From Bdellovibrio sp. (GTDB lineage Bacteria > Bdellovibrionota > Bdellovibrionia > Bdellovibrionales > Bdellovibrionaceae), in the NCBI GenBank assembly GCA_036676395.1, contig JAKFCY010000003.1:32001-96000 (forward strand): DNA of 64,000 nt. The letters run 5' to 3'. A program made the translations under genes and the position numbers. Below the pieces are notes generated by a model that was given only the letters and a program-made list of their open reading frames with translations, did no database searches and had not been told where the DNA came from. Positions 10,287 to 19,251 of the stretch are shown here, piece after piece; the stretch's first letter is position 1; every line of letters starts with the position of its first letter.

Positions 10287-11171
10287 ATGAAACGCACAAG
10301 TCGCCTTAAAATTTTTATTACTCTGTCTATTGCCATACATATGGGATTAGCAGCGGTGGTTTTTGTTTTACCAAAAATTCAACAACACTATGCACCTATC
10401 GAAGTTGTGCTTGTTGAACCCGAAGAAATTATCGACGACGCGGCCAAAAACGAAAAAGATCCAACTCGCATTGTTGAAACTGACGAAAAATCAGCCAACG
10501 AACAGGTTAACGAAAATGCAAAATATTTAAGTGTAAAAAATAATTCAGTTGAAAAAGAAACTATTGCTAAACTTGGCGAAACTTTTAAAAACGCACAACC
10601 TGTAGCAAAAAAATCTGTGAAAGCCGTTAAAAAATCTTCGCCAACTTTGTTCGGTGAAAAATTTAATGCTTACGATGCCATGGCAAAAAAAGCGGCTAAC
10701 GGTAAATCAGATATCAACGGCAAACAACAAGACCAATCACAAACTGCACAAAACGGAAACGATCGCGGCGTTGAAGCCACAGCAACAGATCAACTAGCGC
10801 AAGTTGAACAAACTTTAAAAACTCAGTTGAACACACGCGAATACAAATATTACGGTTATTACCAACGCATTAAAAACCAGCTAAATCAATTTTGGCAGCC
10901 AGAAGTTAAGCAAAAAGTATCACGTCTTATGACACAAGGTAGAACAATTGCCTCTGATTCGAACAATAAAGTCACTAAATTGATCATTGTTCTTAACGAC
11001 GCCGGCACGTTAGTGAAAGTACAGGTCATTGGTGAATCTGGAGTTCGCGATCTCGATGAGGCCGCAATAGAAGCCTTTAGGCAGGCTGCGCCCTTTCCAA
11101 ATCCCCCTAAAGGGATGGTCGAAAATGACGGCACCATTAAGATCCGCTGGGACTTCGTGGTGGAGTCCTAG
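10287..11171 (+). CDS. TonB-family energy transducer
   Basis: N-terminal TM with S-xxx-H (LSIAIH); C-terminal ESGVRDLDEAAIEAFRQAAPFPNPP. Confidence 0.85.
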   Translation: MKRTSRLKIFITLSIAIHMGLAAVVFVLPKIQQHYAPIEVVLVEPEEIIDDAAKNEKDPTRIVETDEKSANEQVNENAKYLSVKNNSVEKETIAKLGETFKNAQPVAKKSVKAVKKSSPTLFGEKFNAYDAMAKKAANGKSDINGKQQDQSQTAQNGNDRGVEATATDQLAQVEQTLKTQLNTREYKYYGYYQRIKNQLNQFWQPEVKQKVSRLMTQGRTIASDSNNKVTKLIIVLNDAGTLVKVQVIGESGVRDLDEAAIEAFRQAAPFPNPPKGMVENDGTIKIRWDFVVES

Positions 11172-11312
11172 AAGCCGGCCAAAAAACCAAAGCCAAATCT
11201 AAAAAATCTGCAGCCGCAGATGAAATAAAGTCTTTACTCTAAATACAATAAGTTTTATCTCTATAGCGTTGAATTTTTAGCTACTGTTTTAAGTTATAAA
11301 AAAGGACCACTT

Positions 11313-14123
11313 ATGTCTGGAAAAGAAATCACGTTAAAGGATCTAAAAGATCTGAATAAAGACACGTTAGACTCGATCGCAAAACGCGCGCATTACTTGG
11401 CGACGCAAATGATCTTTCAAGCCAACATTCGCGAAAAAGATAAAGGCGATCCAAAAATCGGCGGCCATCAATCGGCATCGGCTTCTGCATTACACATCAT
11501 GGGCGCATTACACTTAATCGTAAAATCTGGTTATGACCACATCGCGAATAAGCCACATGCATCACCTACTGATCACTCGTACAATTATTTATTAGATCTA
11601 TTTTTAAAATCTGATTTATCAAAATTATCTGAAGAAGATAAAAACATCGCGATGATGGGTTTACGTAAGTATTCTAAAAACGGCGAACCTGTTTTTCAAT
11701 CTTACCACTCAACTTACGATTCTGATCACCACAACTTCTTCCCTTCGGGCACAGTGGGCATTCCACCAGTTCAAGCCGGATACCTTGCATTAGCTTACCG
11801 TTTTGCTAAAGAGCATAACTACGATATTCCTGAAGCTCACTTTTGGGCGTTATCAGGAGATTCTGAATTCCGTGAAGGTTCAATGTATGAAGCTGTTCCA
11901 GATTTCGCTGAACGTGAAATCGGAAACCTAACTTGGATGGTCGACTACAACCGCCAATCGTTAGACGGTCACCGTATCGTGAATCAAAAAATCATGGAAG
12001 GCACTGATGCTGATCGTATTGAAAAATCGATGGCAGCTAATGGCTGGGAAGTGATTCAAGTACGTCACGGTTCTAAACGTTTAGCACTTTTCAAAAAACC
12101 AGGCGGCGATGCTTTCAAAAAATTATTAGAACACGAATTAGTCGATTACGATTTACAAGCGTTTTTATTAATTCAAGATGTGAAAGCGTTAAAAGCCGGA
12201 ATGGCCAAAGATCATCCGCAAATTAAAAAATTCTTAGACGGAGTCTCTGGCGAAGAATTATACGAAGGCTTACGCGATTTCGGTGGTCACGACATGATTC
12301 AACTTGCTGAAGCGATGTTGAAATCTAAAGAATCAAAACGAAAGCCTACAATCATCATCGTTCATACGTTAAAAGGCTGGGGCTTAAAAATGGCCGCTCA
12401 ACCTGGCAACCACTCAGCTTTAAATAATCAAGAAGAGATGGACGAACTAAAAGCTAAACAAGGTATCAAAGGCGAAACACTATTTGCAGGCTTTGACCCT
12501 AAAACTGCTGAAGGTAAATTCTTACAAGCTCGCGGTGAAAAATTATATTCTGAAATCAAAGCGCAAAATGCTTTGAAAGATAAAAATAAAAATTTCTTCG
12601 CCAAAGAATTTGAAAAAATCGGTGGCTTTCCTGAAAAGTTAGACATCAACACAAAAATGGCCAGCTACCCGCACACTCAATGGATGCTTGGTCAGTTAAC
12701 TGCCAAATTAACTCGTATCGCAAATGCTGATGTGACAAAATTAAATGATTTCGAAAAACGCTGGAAGACAGCGGGCGAATTATTTATGACCATGGCGCCA
12801 GACGTAGGAACTTCAACGAATTTAAATCCAGCAATGGATGGTAAAATCTTCGGAGCTCCAACAGTGACAGATGTCGAAGCTGAATACGGCGTTAAAGACA
12901 CGAAACTTCCTGATCTTGTTCCGGGCGAAGAAGAATCAGATCGTTTCTTACGTTTTGAAATCGCTGAAGGTAACGTCATGTCATGCGTGGGTTCGTTCGG
13001 TCGTATCCGCGACACCTTGGGCGTTCCGGTAATGCCGTTAATGACGGTTTACGATTTCTTTATTAAACGTGCCTTAGATCAGTACTTCTACAATCTTTAC
13101 TGGAAGTCTTCTTTCATCTGCGTGGGTACTCCATCAGGTGTAACATTATCTCCGGAAGGTGCGCAGCATGGTTGGAAGTCTGACTTCCAAATTCCTGGGC
13201 AAATCACTTGGGAGCCGTTCTTCTGCTTAGAGCTTGATTGGATTTTATGTGAAACCTTTAAAAGACACTTATTAAACGACAATGCTGGCCGCAACGGTAC
13301 ATTACTTCGTTTAGTGACTCGTGGTGCTGACCAAAAAGATTTAATGAAATATTTAAATAAACAATTACGCTTCAAAGCTAATCCAGAATCAAAATTAGCC
13401 CGCGCTGAATTTCCAGTAGCTGGTGGCGTAAATGAAGAAGAAGTAACAGCCAAATCTGAAACTGAAATTCACGCAGTTATGCGCGAAGAAGTTTTAAAAG
13501 GCGCTTACTACTTAATCGACTACCGTGGTTACGCTGGTTACGAGCCCGGTGATAACGTAGTCAATATTTTCTCGATGGGTTCAATGACAACTGAAGCAAT
13601 CAAAGCCTCAGAAGATTTATTAACTCGCGGAATTTACGCCAACGTGATCGTTGTAACTTCACCTGATTTATTATGCGGTATTTTAGCTCATGAAAATGAC
13701 TACAACTACTTACGTAATGAGTTGGGAATCACGTCTGATTTATATTTAAACCGTCAAGGTGACGTGGGTTCTGCAGATCTAGTGATGGCCTCAGGCCGTC
13801 GTATTCCAATCGTGTCAGTTCACGATGGTGAAGCAGGTTTACTTGATAATTTAGGTTCAATCGTTGGCGTAAGACAAGAATCATGCGCCGTACGTAAACA
13901 CTCTAAGTGTGGCCGTCCGGTCGAAATCTATCACTTCCACAGCATCGACACTGAAGCAGTTGTTGAAGCGTGCGGTAAAGTATTATCAGAAACAGCTTTA
14001 GAAAAAGTAATCGTAAATAAAACTACGATGGAAGAAACTGCACTTGCTGCAGCTTCAACTGGCGAACAACGTCCTCACTGGACAGAGTTATGGCCTTCTA
14101 AAACACAAAATCAAAAGCACTAG
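11313..14123 (+). CDS. aceE: Pyruvate dehydrogenase E1 component, homodimeric type
   Basis: KIGGHQSASAS, GDSEFREG...YNRQSLDG ThDP motif, HTLKGWG, EGAQH; 936 aa. Confidence 0.85.
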   Translation: MSGKEITLKDLKDLNKDTLDSIAKRAHYLATQMIFQANIREKDKGDPKIGGHQSASASALHIMGALHLIVKSGYDHIANKPHASPTDHSYNYLLDLFLKSDLSKLSEEDKNIAMMGLRKYSKNGEPVFQSYHSTYDSDHHNFFPSGTVGIPPVQAGYLALAYRFAKEHNYDIPEAHFWALSGDSEFREGSMYEAVPDFAEREIGNLTWMVDYNRQSLDGHRIVNQKIMEGTDADRIEKSMAANGWEVIQVRHGSKRLALFKKPGGDAFKKLLEHELVDYDLQAFLLIQDVKALKAGMAKDHPQIKKFLDGVSGEELYEGLRDFGGHDMIQLAEAMLKSKESKRKPTIIIVHTLKGWGLKMAAQPGNHSALNNQEEMDELKAKQGIKGETLFAGFDPKTAEGKFLQARGEKLYSEIKAQNALKDKNKNFFAKEFEKIGGFPEKLDINTKMASYPHTQWMLGQLTAKLTRIANADVTKLNDFEKRWKTAGELFMTMAPDVGTSTNLNPAMDGKIFGAPTVTDVEAEYGVKDTKLPDLVPGEEESDRFLRFEIAEGNVMSCVGSFGRIRDTLGVPVMPLMTVYDFFIKRALDQYFYNLYWKSSFICVGTPSGVTLSPEGAQHGWKSDFQIPGQITWEPFFCLELDWILCETFKRHLLNDNAGRNGTLLRLVTRGADQKDLMKYLNKQLRFKANPESKLARAEFPVAGGVNEEEVTAKSETEIHAVMREEVLKGAYYLIDYRGYAGYEPGDNVVNIFSMGSMTTEAIKASEDLLTRGIYANVIVVTSPDLLCGILAHENDYNYLRNELGITSDLYLNRQGDVGSADLVMASGRRIPIVSVHDGEAGLLDNLGSIVGVRQESCAVRKHSKCGRPVEIYHFHSIDTEAVVEACGKVLSETALEKVIVNKTTMEETALAAASTGEQRPHWTELWPSKTQNQKH

Positions 14124-14130
14124 GATATAA

Positions 14131-14880
14131 ATGTTTCCTGACAAAGGTGAATTGTTTAAAGCGGCAGATAAAAAATCAGAACATCTGGTTTTTTTCTGCC
14201 ACTTTTTTAAAGGCCACAAAAAAGCCTTACGCCGCCATATTGATTTAGTAAATGAACTTGGTTTTGATGCTTACGTCTTTAATTTAAAAGACGATTTAAA
14301 AGATCACAAGTTTGTGCCTTACTCGAAAAAATCGAAAAAGTTCGGCATGAAGCACGCTTTAGCTGAACAAATCGGTCAGCATTTAGAATTATTATCTGAA
14401 TATAAAACAAAAATTCTTTTTGCGTTTTCGAATGTTGCAGGCTGTGCGATCGAAGCTCACACACTTCGCCTTAAAGAAGGTAAGAATGATGTGATCGCTA
14501 TGGTTTGTGATAGCGGCCCAGGCGCTGGTAATTTTTTTCAATCGTCGTACATGTTATTAGAAGATCAAATCGGCGTTAAATCATTACCGTTAAAGATTAT
14601 CGGCACACCGGCCGTAGCGTTTGGTTGGAGTCCGAAATTAAATTCAGATATTCGTCACGACTTAGATAGTTTTCCAGAAGGATTTCCACTTTTAAGCATT
14701 CGTGGGTGGCGCGATCGTTTGATCACACCACAAGATATCGACAAAGTTTTTGATCATCACAAAAATTTAAACTGGAAGAAGTTATCGTTGCCAGAAGCAG
14801 GTCATCTGAACGGATTAAGAGATTTTCCGAGTGAATATAAACCTGCAGTTGAAGATTTTTTAAGGCAGTTTAGATACTAA
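14131..14880 (+). CDS. Alpha/beta-hydrolase fold protein (DUF829-like)
   Basis: FAFSN nucleophile elbow, CDSGPG, DRLI and AGH candidate triad. Confidence 0.75.
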   Translation: MFPDKGELFKAADKKSEHLVFFCHFFKGHKKALRRHIDLVNELGFDAYVFNLKDDLKDHKFVPYSKKSKKFGMKHALAEQIGQHLELLSEYKTKILFAFSNVAGCAIEAHTLRLKEGKNDVIAMVCDSGPGAGNFFQSSYMLLEDQIGVKSLPLKIIGTPAVAFGWSPKLNSDIRHDLDSFPEGFPLLSIRGWRDRLITPQDIDKVFDHHKNLNWKKLSLPEAGHLNGLRDFPSEYKPAVEDFLRQFRY

Positions 14881-14891
14881 TTTCAATAAAT

Positions 14892-15668
14892 TTATTTCTT
14901 AAATTCTTTTTCAAATTCAACTTTTCCAGAATCAAGATGATATAAAGCCTCATTGATTTTAATATGATGAGACTTTACAAAGTCAGAAATAATTTTCGAT
15001 CTTAAAACTAGATCGTGTGAGACACCTTTAACATTAGCCCAAGATTCAGTTACGAGTCCTTTTGTGGGTTGAGCGCCTTTAAACGAAGTGATTCGAGGAT
15101 GTATATCCCCTACTAGTTTATCAAGACTGGGGCTACCGGCAGAAGAGCCATCTAGAGTATTCATTGCTGCTGTTACGGCTCCGCAAGAAGTATGGCCCAT
15201 GACAAGGATATGTTTTGCACCCAAATGTTCCAGAGCATACTCAACTGATCCTATAACATTTCCATCGAGAGCTTGTCCTGCAGTTCTGATCACAAAAACC
15301 TCACCAAGTTTTTGATCAAATAAAATCTCTGGAGGAACTCTCGAATCAGAACATGATAAAATTATAGTGTGTGGCTTTTGCCCAGTAGACAATCTTTTGA
15401 CATCAGACATTTTCTGACCGTCTTTTCTTAGACTGCCTTCAAGATATCTAGTATTACCATTTTTAAGCCAACCCAATGCTACTTCAGCAGTAACGCCAGC
15501 ACTATTATCGTGGCCATGATGAGAGGCCGAGGCATGCTTAGTAGAAACAGGCAAAGTGTGTTCAGATTTTTTTGCAGTTTGATTTTCATGAGCCTCATTC
15601 GCAGGAATGGTGCTACAACCTAATGTATAAAAAAATACTAAAATTATAGGTAAAGTGATTTTAGACAT
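14892..15668 (-). CDS. Beta-class carbonic anhydrase, probable lipoprotein with His-rich linker
   Basis: CSDSRVPPE, RTAG and GHTSCGAV Zn motifs; LGC lipobox. Confidence 0.93.
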   Translation of the reverse strand: MSKITLPIILVFFYTLGCSTIPANEAHENQTAKKSEHTLPVSTKHASASHHGHDNSAGVTAEVALGWLKNGNTRYLEGSLRKDGQKMSDVKRLSTGQKPHTIILSCSDSRVPPEILFDQKLGEVFVIRTAGQALDGNVIGSVEYALEHLGAKHILVMGHTSCGAVTAAMNTLDGSSAGSPSLDKLVGDIHPRITSFKGAQPTKGLVTESWANVKGVSHDLVLRSKIISDFVKSHHIKINEALYHLDSGKVEFEKEFKK

Positions 15669-15757
15669 TTCATGTCTCCTTAATTAATTATTAAGTTATA
15701 GTTCACTGTTTTGTTCAGCGATAGTCCTGCAAATACCTTCTAGACTTAAGCTCCTTA

Positions 15758-15877
15758 CTTCTTCAGTCGGCACAAACTTGTTTATCGCTGAACTTCTGTT
15801 TTGACAGAGGTTACCCGTGGCGAAGTTGCATGAAAGCTGCATGTGTTCGTTTTCAAGTTGATAACAATTTTCAATGT
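15758..15877 (-). pseudogene. Deleted remnant of the O-methyltransferase gene at 27241..27894
   Basis: 15758-15777 = 27267-27286; 15775-15807 = 27343-27375; 15820-15877 matches 27806-27863 with 2 mismatches. Confidence 0.9.
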
Positions 15878-15985
15878 TGGAAAAAACTTTCTCTACCGGA
15901 AGCAGGTCATTTAAATGGCCTTCGCGATTTTCCGAGTGAATATAAACCTGCGGTCGAAGATTTTTTAAATCAGTTTAGTCATTAA
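15878..15985 (+). pseudogene. Displaced 3' end of the alpha/beta hydrolase
   Basis: Translates WKKLSLPEAGHLNGLRDFPSEYKPAVEDFLNQFSH*, versus ...FLRQFRY* at 14773-14880; differences are mostly synonymous. Confidence 0.92.
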
Positions 15986-16059
15986 TCAAATATCATCACT
16001 ATCGACTCCGATTAAATTAATAGTGTGTTTTGACCTGAACCCAATTTCTGTACCCGCCC

Positions 16060-16632
16060 TTATTTTGAAAAACAAGCCGCAAATGCGCCGTCGGCAGGCG
16101 CACTAGATGGAGGCATTTGCCCAGACGAAAATGCTCGCTGAAGCGTTTGTAGCTCTGACGCTTCAAGCTGACCGCAGCTTTTTCCAAATTTGGCTTGGCA
16201 TAGAGAACTTAAATTTTTCTCAGCGAAAATGTTTGCAAGCATTCCAAAGTAGATAGAGCGCATTGCCGATGTTTCATATTTCATTGCAATAGCTTTAGCT
16301 AAATAGGCATTACTCATGTGCCAAAACAACATGCCTCCTGATGCACTCGTAAGATTTTTAGCAATGAATGACGACATATTCTCTGTGCATGCCTTCGATG
16401 AACTTGCATGTGGTAAGCAGCTCAAACAAAGCATCGCTTCTGGCATTTCGTCGCCATTCACTGAGGAGCTAAACTCTTTTCCAAAGCCCGACATCAGTTG
16501 AGTCAGGCTAATTCCCGGCTTTATTGAGTCCTCTGAGGGAAGCTTGGAGTAGTAGTATGCTAAGGGGAAAGCCAAGCCGCACATAACGACTAAGACCGAG
16601 ATTCCACCGTACAAAATAAATTTATTGCCCAT
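16060..16632 (-). CDS. Membrane-anchored protein with degenerate transglycosylase (GT51)-like motifs; candidate immunity protein
   Basis: N-terminal TM; SFIAKNL, AYLAKAIAMKY and AKFGKSCGQLEASE resemble GT51 motifs, but there is no EDxRF. Confidence 0.55.
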   Translation of the reverse strand: MGNKFILYGGISVLVVMCGLAFPLAYYYSKLPSEDSIKPGISLTQLMSGFGKEFSSSVNGDEMPEAMLCLSCLPHASSSKACTENMSSFIAKNLTSASGGMLFWHMSNAYLAKAIAMKYETSAMRSIYFGMLANIFAEKNLSSLCQAKFGKSCGQLEASELQTLQRAFSSGQMPPSSAPADGAFAACFSK

Positions 16633-16640
16633 AAAAAATC

Positions 16641-16890
16641 CTACCTTCCGCCAAGTCCTCGAAGCCTTCTGCCAACGCTGCCAGGAAAGAAAAAGTTATT
16701 TCCTAAACTCTTGAATGGCCCGATACCATTTTTTTGAACAGCTCGGTAATTTATCCCAGGTTATTTTTCAAAATAACTATGGCAGCCAAGTGCGGGCCCT
16801 GACCAGCTGCAACAAGCCGCTCTGAATAGGTCCACCACAATTATTAGAAGTAGCGTTATAACTACCCGAATTGTTTTTTAAGTTATTCGC
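16641..16890 (-). pseudogene. Probable relic toxin C-terminal tip
   Basis: Interrupted frames ...SGSYNATSNNCGGPIQSGLLQL and KNGIGPFKSLGNNFFFPGSVGRRLRGLGGR*, ending 8 nt before the 16632 start. Confidence 0.4.
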
Positions 16891-17494
16891 TAGTGTTGGA
16901 AGCATACTTCCTAATAAATAAACGAATTTTTCCCTGGAACTCCTTATTGTCGCGATAGGGCCTTTCAAAAATTCCACTACCTTGCAAATCTTTTTTAAGA
17001 TTCTCAAAAACTGAAGCAGTCAGAGGATACTGTAGCGACTCTCTCAATAGCAGATACCCAAGAAAATCGTCTTCGCTCTGCCATTTTTGCCAGTCTAACG
17101 CTTTTGAAACCATGCTCTTGCCTGGCATGTGAACAATGATTTCTTCAATTTCTTCGAGCACCTTGGTCAAAAACTCTTCATCCTGCGAACTAACCTTAGA
17201 TGAGCACTTAACGATGGCTTCGCGCCACTCTCGACGAAGCTCTTCTCCGAGAACTTTATCGCTAGAAAAATCAAAATACTTTTCTAGAACACCTCGTAAT
17301 CGTTTTCGTAAATCTGAATCCACTATTTCCCCCATGGCCAGTGTTTGACGACCCCTGAAATGACGCGCTTGCCAGGTTTCATATCTTTCAGCCTCCAGAA
17401 AAATTTTTGGCCCGTGCCACCCACTTTTTATCGCGTCAATGGATCGCGTGACGCAATGAGAATTTTGACACGATGAAATACTACCGGAGGCCAC
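16883..17494 (-). CDS. Hypothetical helical protein, start uncertain
   Basis: 203-codon ORF with no recognised motif. Confidence 0.5.
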   Translation of the reverse strand: MASGSISSCQNSHCVTRSIDAIKSGWHGPKIFLEAERYETWQARHFRGRQTLAMGEIVDSDLRKRLRGVLEKYFDFSSDKVLGEELRREWREAIVKCSSKVSSQDEEFLTKVLEEIEEIIVHMPGKSMVSKALDWQKWQSEDDFLGYLLLRESLQYPLTASVFENLKKDLQGSGIFERPYRDNKEFQGKIRLFIRKYASNTSE

Positions 17495-17617
17495 CTACAG
17501 TAGTAATACGGACAAGGTAGCAATTCAAATGGAAGCTATTAAAGCCAAAATGCGTAAAGAACTTACGCACCAAGAAATTAACTAACAAAATCATGCGCTC
17601 ACTTGAGCTTAAGTACA

Positions 17618-18052
17618 TTAAAAAGTCTCAAGTACTTCATTTAGAAACTCACCTACGTGAGGATATTCATCATCTTCGATTTTTAGAACTTGTGGAGTCG
17701 GCATAAAAATATGTTTGTGATGAAACTGATTGTGGTCTTCGTGTGGTGAACAGTAACGAATTAAGTTTTGACCGTTCGGATTTGGCAAATTCGCATTGTA
17801 AGAATATGCAACGGTTCTAGCTTGCAAACGTCCATTTACTTCATCAACCAGAATATCTTTTTTAATGTCTATGCGAACATCTGTTCCCTTGTAAGTACGC
17901 ATAGGGATTTGTTGGCATTGGATTTCGTAATATCGAGTTGTATGTTTAAATATTGTATAAGTTTTTACTACCGTCATGTACGGGTTGTAAAAACGAAGTG
18001 TTTTTTCATGTATCGAGAGATAGTGCTCCCACGAGTTCCAACCATGCTTCAT
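17618..18052 (-). CDS. DUF6516/TumE-like toxin
   Basis: YSYNA...LIRYCSPHEDHNQFHHKH matches the YxY...RYDN..H...HHKH pattern; ATGA overlap with the upstream gene. Confidence 0.7.
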   Translation of the reverse strand: MKHGWNSWEHYLSIHEKTLRFYNPYMTVVKTYTIFKHTTRYYEIQCQQIPMRTYKGTDVRIDIKKDILVDEVNGRLQARTVAYSYNANLPNPNGQNLIRYCSPHEDHNQFHHKHIFMPTPQVLKIEDDEYPHVGEFLNEVLETF

Positions 18053-18330
18053 TTTATTTGAGCTTTATAAAATCTAACTTGGCTTTGTAACGATAACGCT
18101 CTAAGAAACAATTCATTATAAGTCGCGCTGTTTTCGGCTTTTACTAAAAGTGCTTCAATGGTTAAGTTCATGCTAGATGCAATTGTTTCAAGTTCTTGTT
18201 GTGTGGCCATCAAAGCTTCCGTATTGGAAGAAAATTTAGCTTGAAGTTTTTGAGCTTGTGTAAGTAGATCACTAGATTCACTCACGATATTAGATTCGAG
18301 ATTTTCGTTTGCTTGAATTTGTTGAGACAT
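18049..18330 (-). CDS. Putative antitoxin, 93 aa, helical
   Basis: AGGAGG SD; translationally coupled upstream of the DUF6516-like gene. Confidence 0.65.
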   Translation of the reverse strand: MSQQIQANENLESNIVSESSDLLTQAQKLQAKFSSNTEALMATQQELETIASSMNLTIEALLVKAENSATYNELFLRALSLQSQVRFYKAQIK

Positions 18331-18433
18331 AGAGAACCTCCTTTTGGATTACTTTAACACTAATGGCCTTCAAGATCAAAATTAAAAACCTAGTAAAATC
18401 AATAACTTATGATTTCTATCTGGGCGCGATTCA

Positions 18434-18592
18434 TTATTTAGACTTAAGCTCTGTTTTGGTTAAGATAAGGCCTTTTTCAATGGCTTCCATTATAACGTCA
18501 TTTTTACGAACCACGCGTTCGTCACCATCACGGTTCTTATTATAAAGCTTCACAACTTCATCAACGGCCTTATTTAGTCGTTCCTTATCAGC
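18434..18592 (-). pseudogene. C-terminal fragment of a small helical (possibly DNA-binding) protein
   Basis: Frame ADKERLNKAVDEVVKLYNKNRDGDERVVRKNDVIMEAIEKGLILTKTELKSK* with no start; abuts the integrase fragment. Confidence 0.4.
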
Positions 18593-18601
18593 TGGTCAGA
18601 T

Positions 18602-18778
18602 TTAGGTCGCGATTGGGATTCTTTTACATTTAGACATACATTTGCATATCATTTTTTACGCCGTGGTAAAACACTGCAGCAGTTGCAAGTTGTGCTCGGT
18701 CACAGAAACATTCAGCAAATGATAGATTTCTAAGGCGATATTGTTAGCCGTGAAGAGCAAAAAAGTTCACCGTACTAA
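18602..18778 (+). pseudogene. Tyrosine recombinase/integrase C-terminal fragment
   Basis: FRHTFAYHFLRRGKTLQQLQVVLGHRNIQQMIDF*GD is box II; TAA at 18731 sits at the catalytic Tyr position. Confidence 0.88.
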
Positions 18779-18793
18779 TTCACGAAAAAACAG

Positions 18794-18963
18794 CGTGCCA
18801 ACGATTTTTTGCGTTTTTAAAATCGTGCCAATTTTGACCCTAAAATCGTACCAAATGCTGAAATAATTCACAGGTGTTTTTTGAATATGCGTGCCAGAAT
18901 TAGGCACGCAACTGGCACGGTACATGTGACAGTGATTTTCAACCGAGGGATTTTTGGCACGAT
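18794..18963. repeat. att-like array of CGTGCCA motifs with a central inverted repeat
   Basis: CGTGCCA at 18794, 18824 and 18890; CGTACCA at 18847; inverted copies at 18903, 18913 and 18955; TGCGTGCC-N7-GGCACGCA at 18888-18910. Confidence 0.75.
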
Positions 18964-19236
18964 CTAAAGCTCATTTTTACATGAGTCACACTTTTTAGGA
19001 AAAAACATAAACCACTTATTTTGAAAATTCGTTGGAGAGGAGCGTCGCATAACCTTCACTCCACATTTAGCGCACTTGATCTGATGAAGATGCAATTTTA
19101 AGATAAGGGCCGTAGCCCATCCTAAGATAATCCACGCAACTTCTTTTGTGTAAACCACTGCGACGAATGATCCAATAAATATGAGGAGCAGTAAAATTGA
19201 TTCTAGTCTGTAAAAAGTGAATTTATTTATCTGCAT
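18964..19236 (-). CDS. Putative immunity protein (2 TM plus CxxC...CxxC)
   Basis: Immediately downstream of the orphan Rhs tip; GAGG SD; CAKC and CDSC. Confidence 0.65.
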   Translation of the reverse strand: MQINKFTFYRLESILLLLIFIGSFVAVVYTKEVAWIILGWATALILKLHLHQIKCAKCGVKVMRRSSPTNFQNKWFMFFPKKCDSCKNEL

Positions 19237-19251
19237 GTTTCCTCTCAGTTA

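Noticed and set aside
15741..18451. 13-nt direct repeat TAGACTTAAGCTC at 15741 and 18439 as attL/attR
   Set aside because: It is short and AT-rich, and the second copy lies within a coding remnant; chance cannot be excluded without a comparative genome.
18794..18963. TGGCACG copies as sigma54 promoters
   Set aside because: None has TTGC at the -12 position; the clustering and inverted symmetry fit recombinase sites better.
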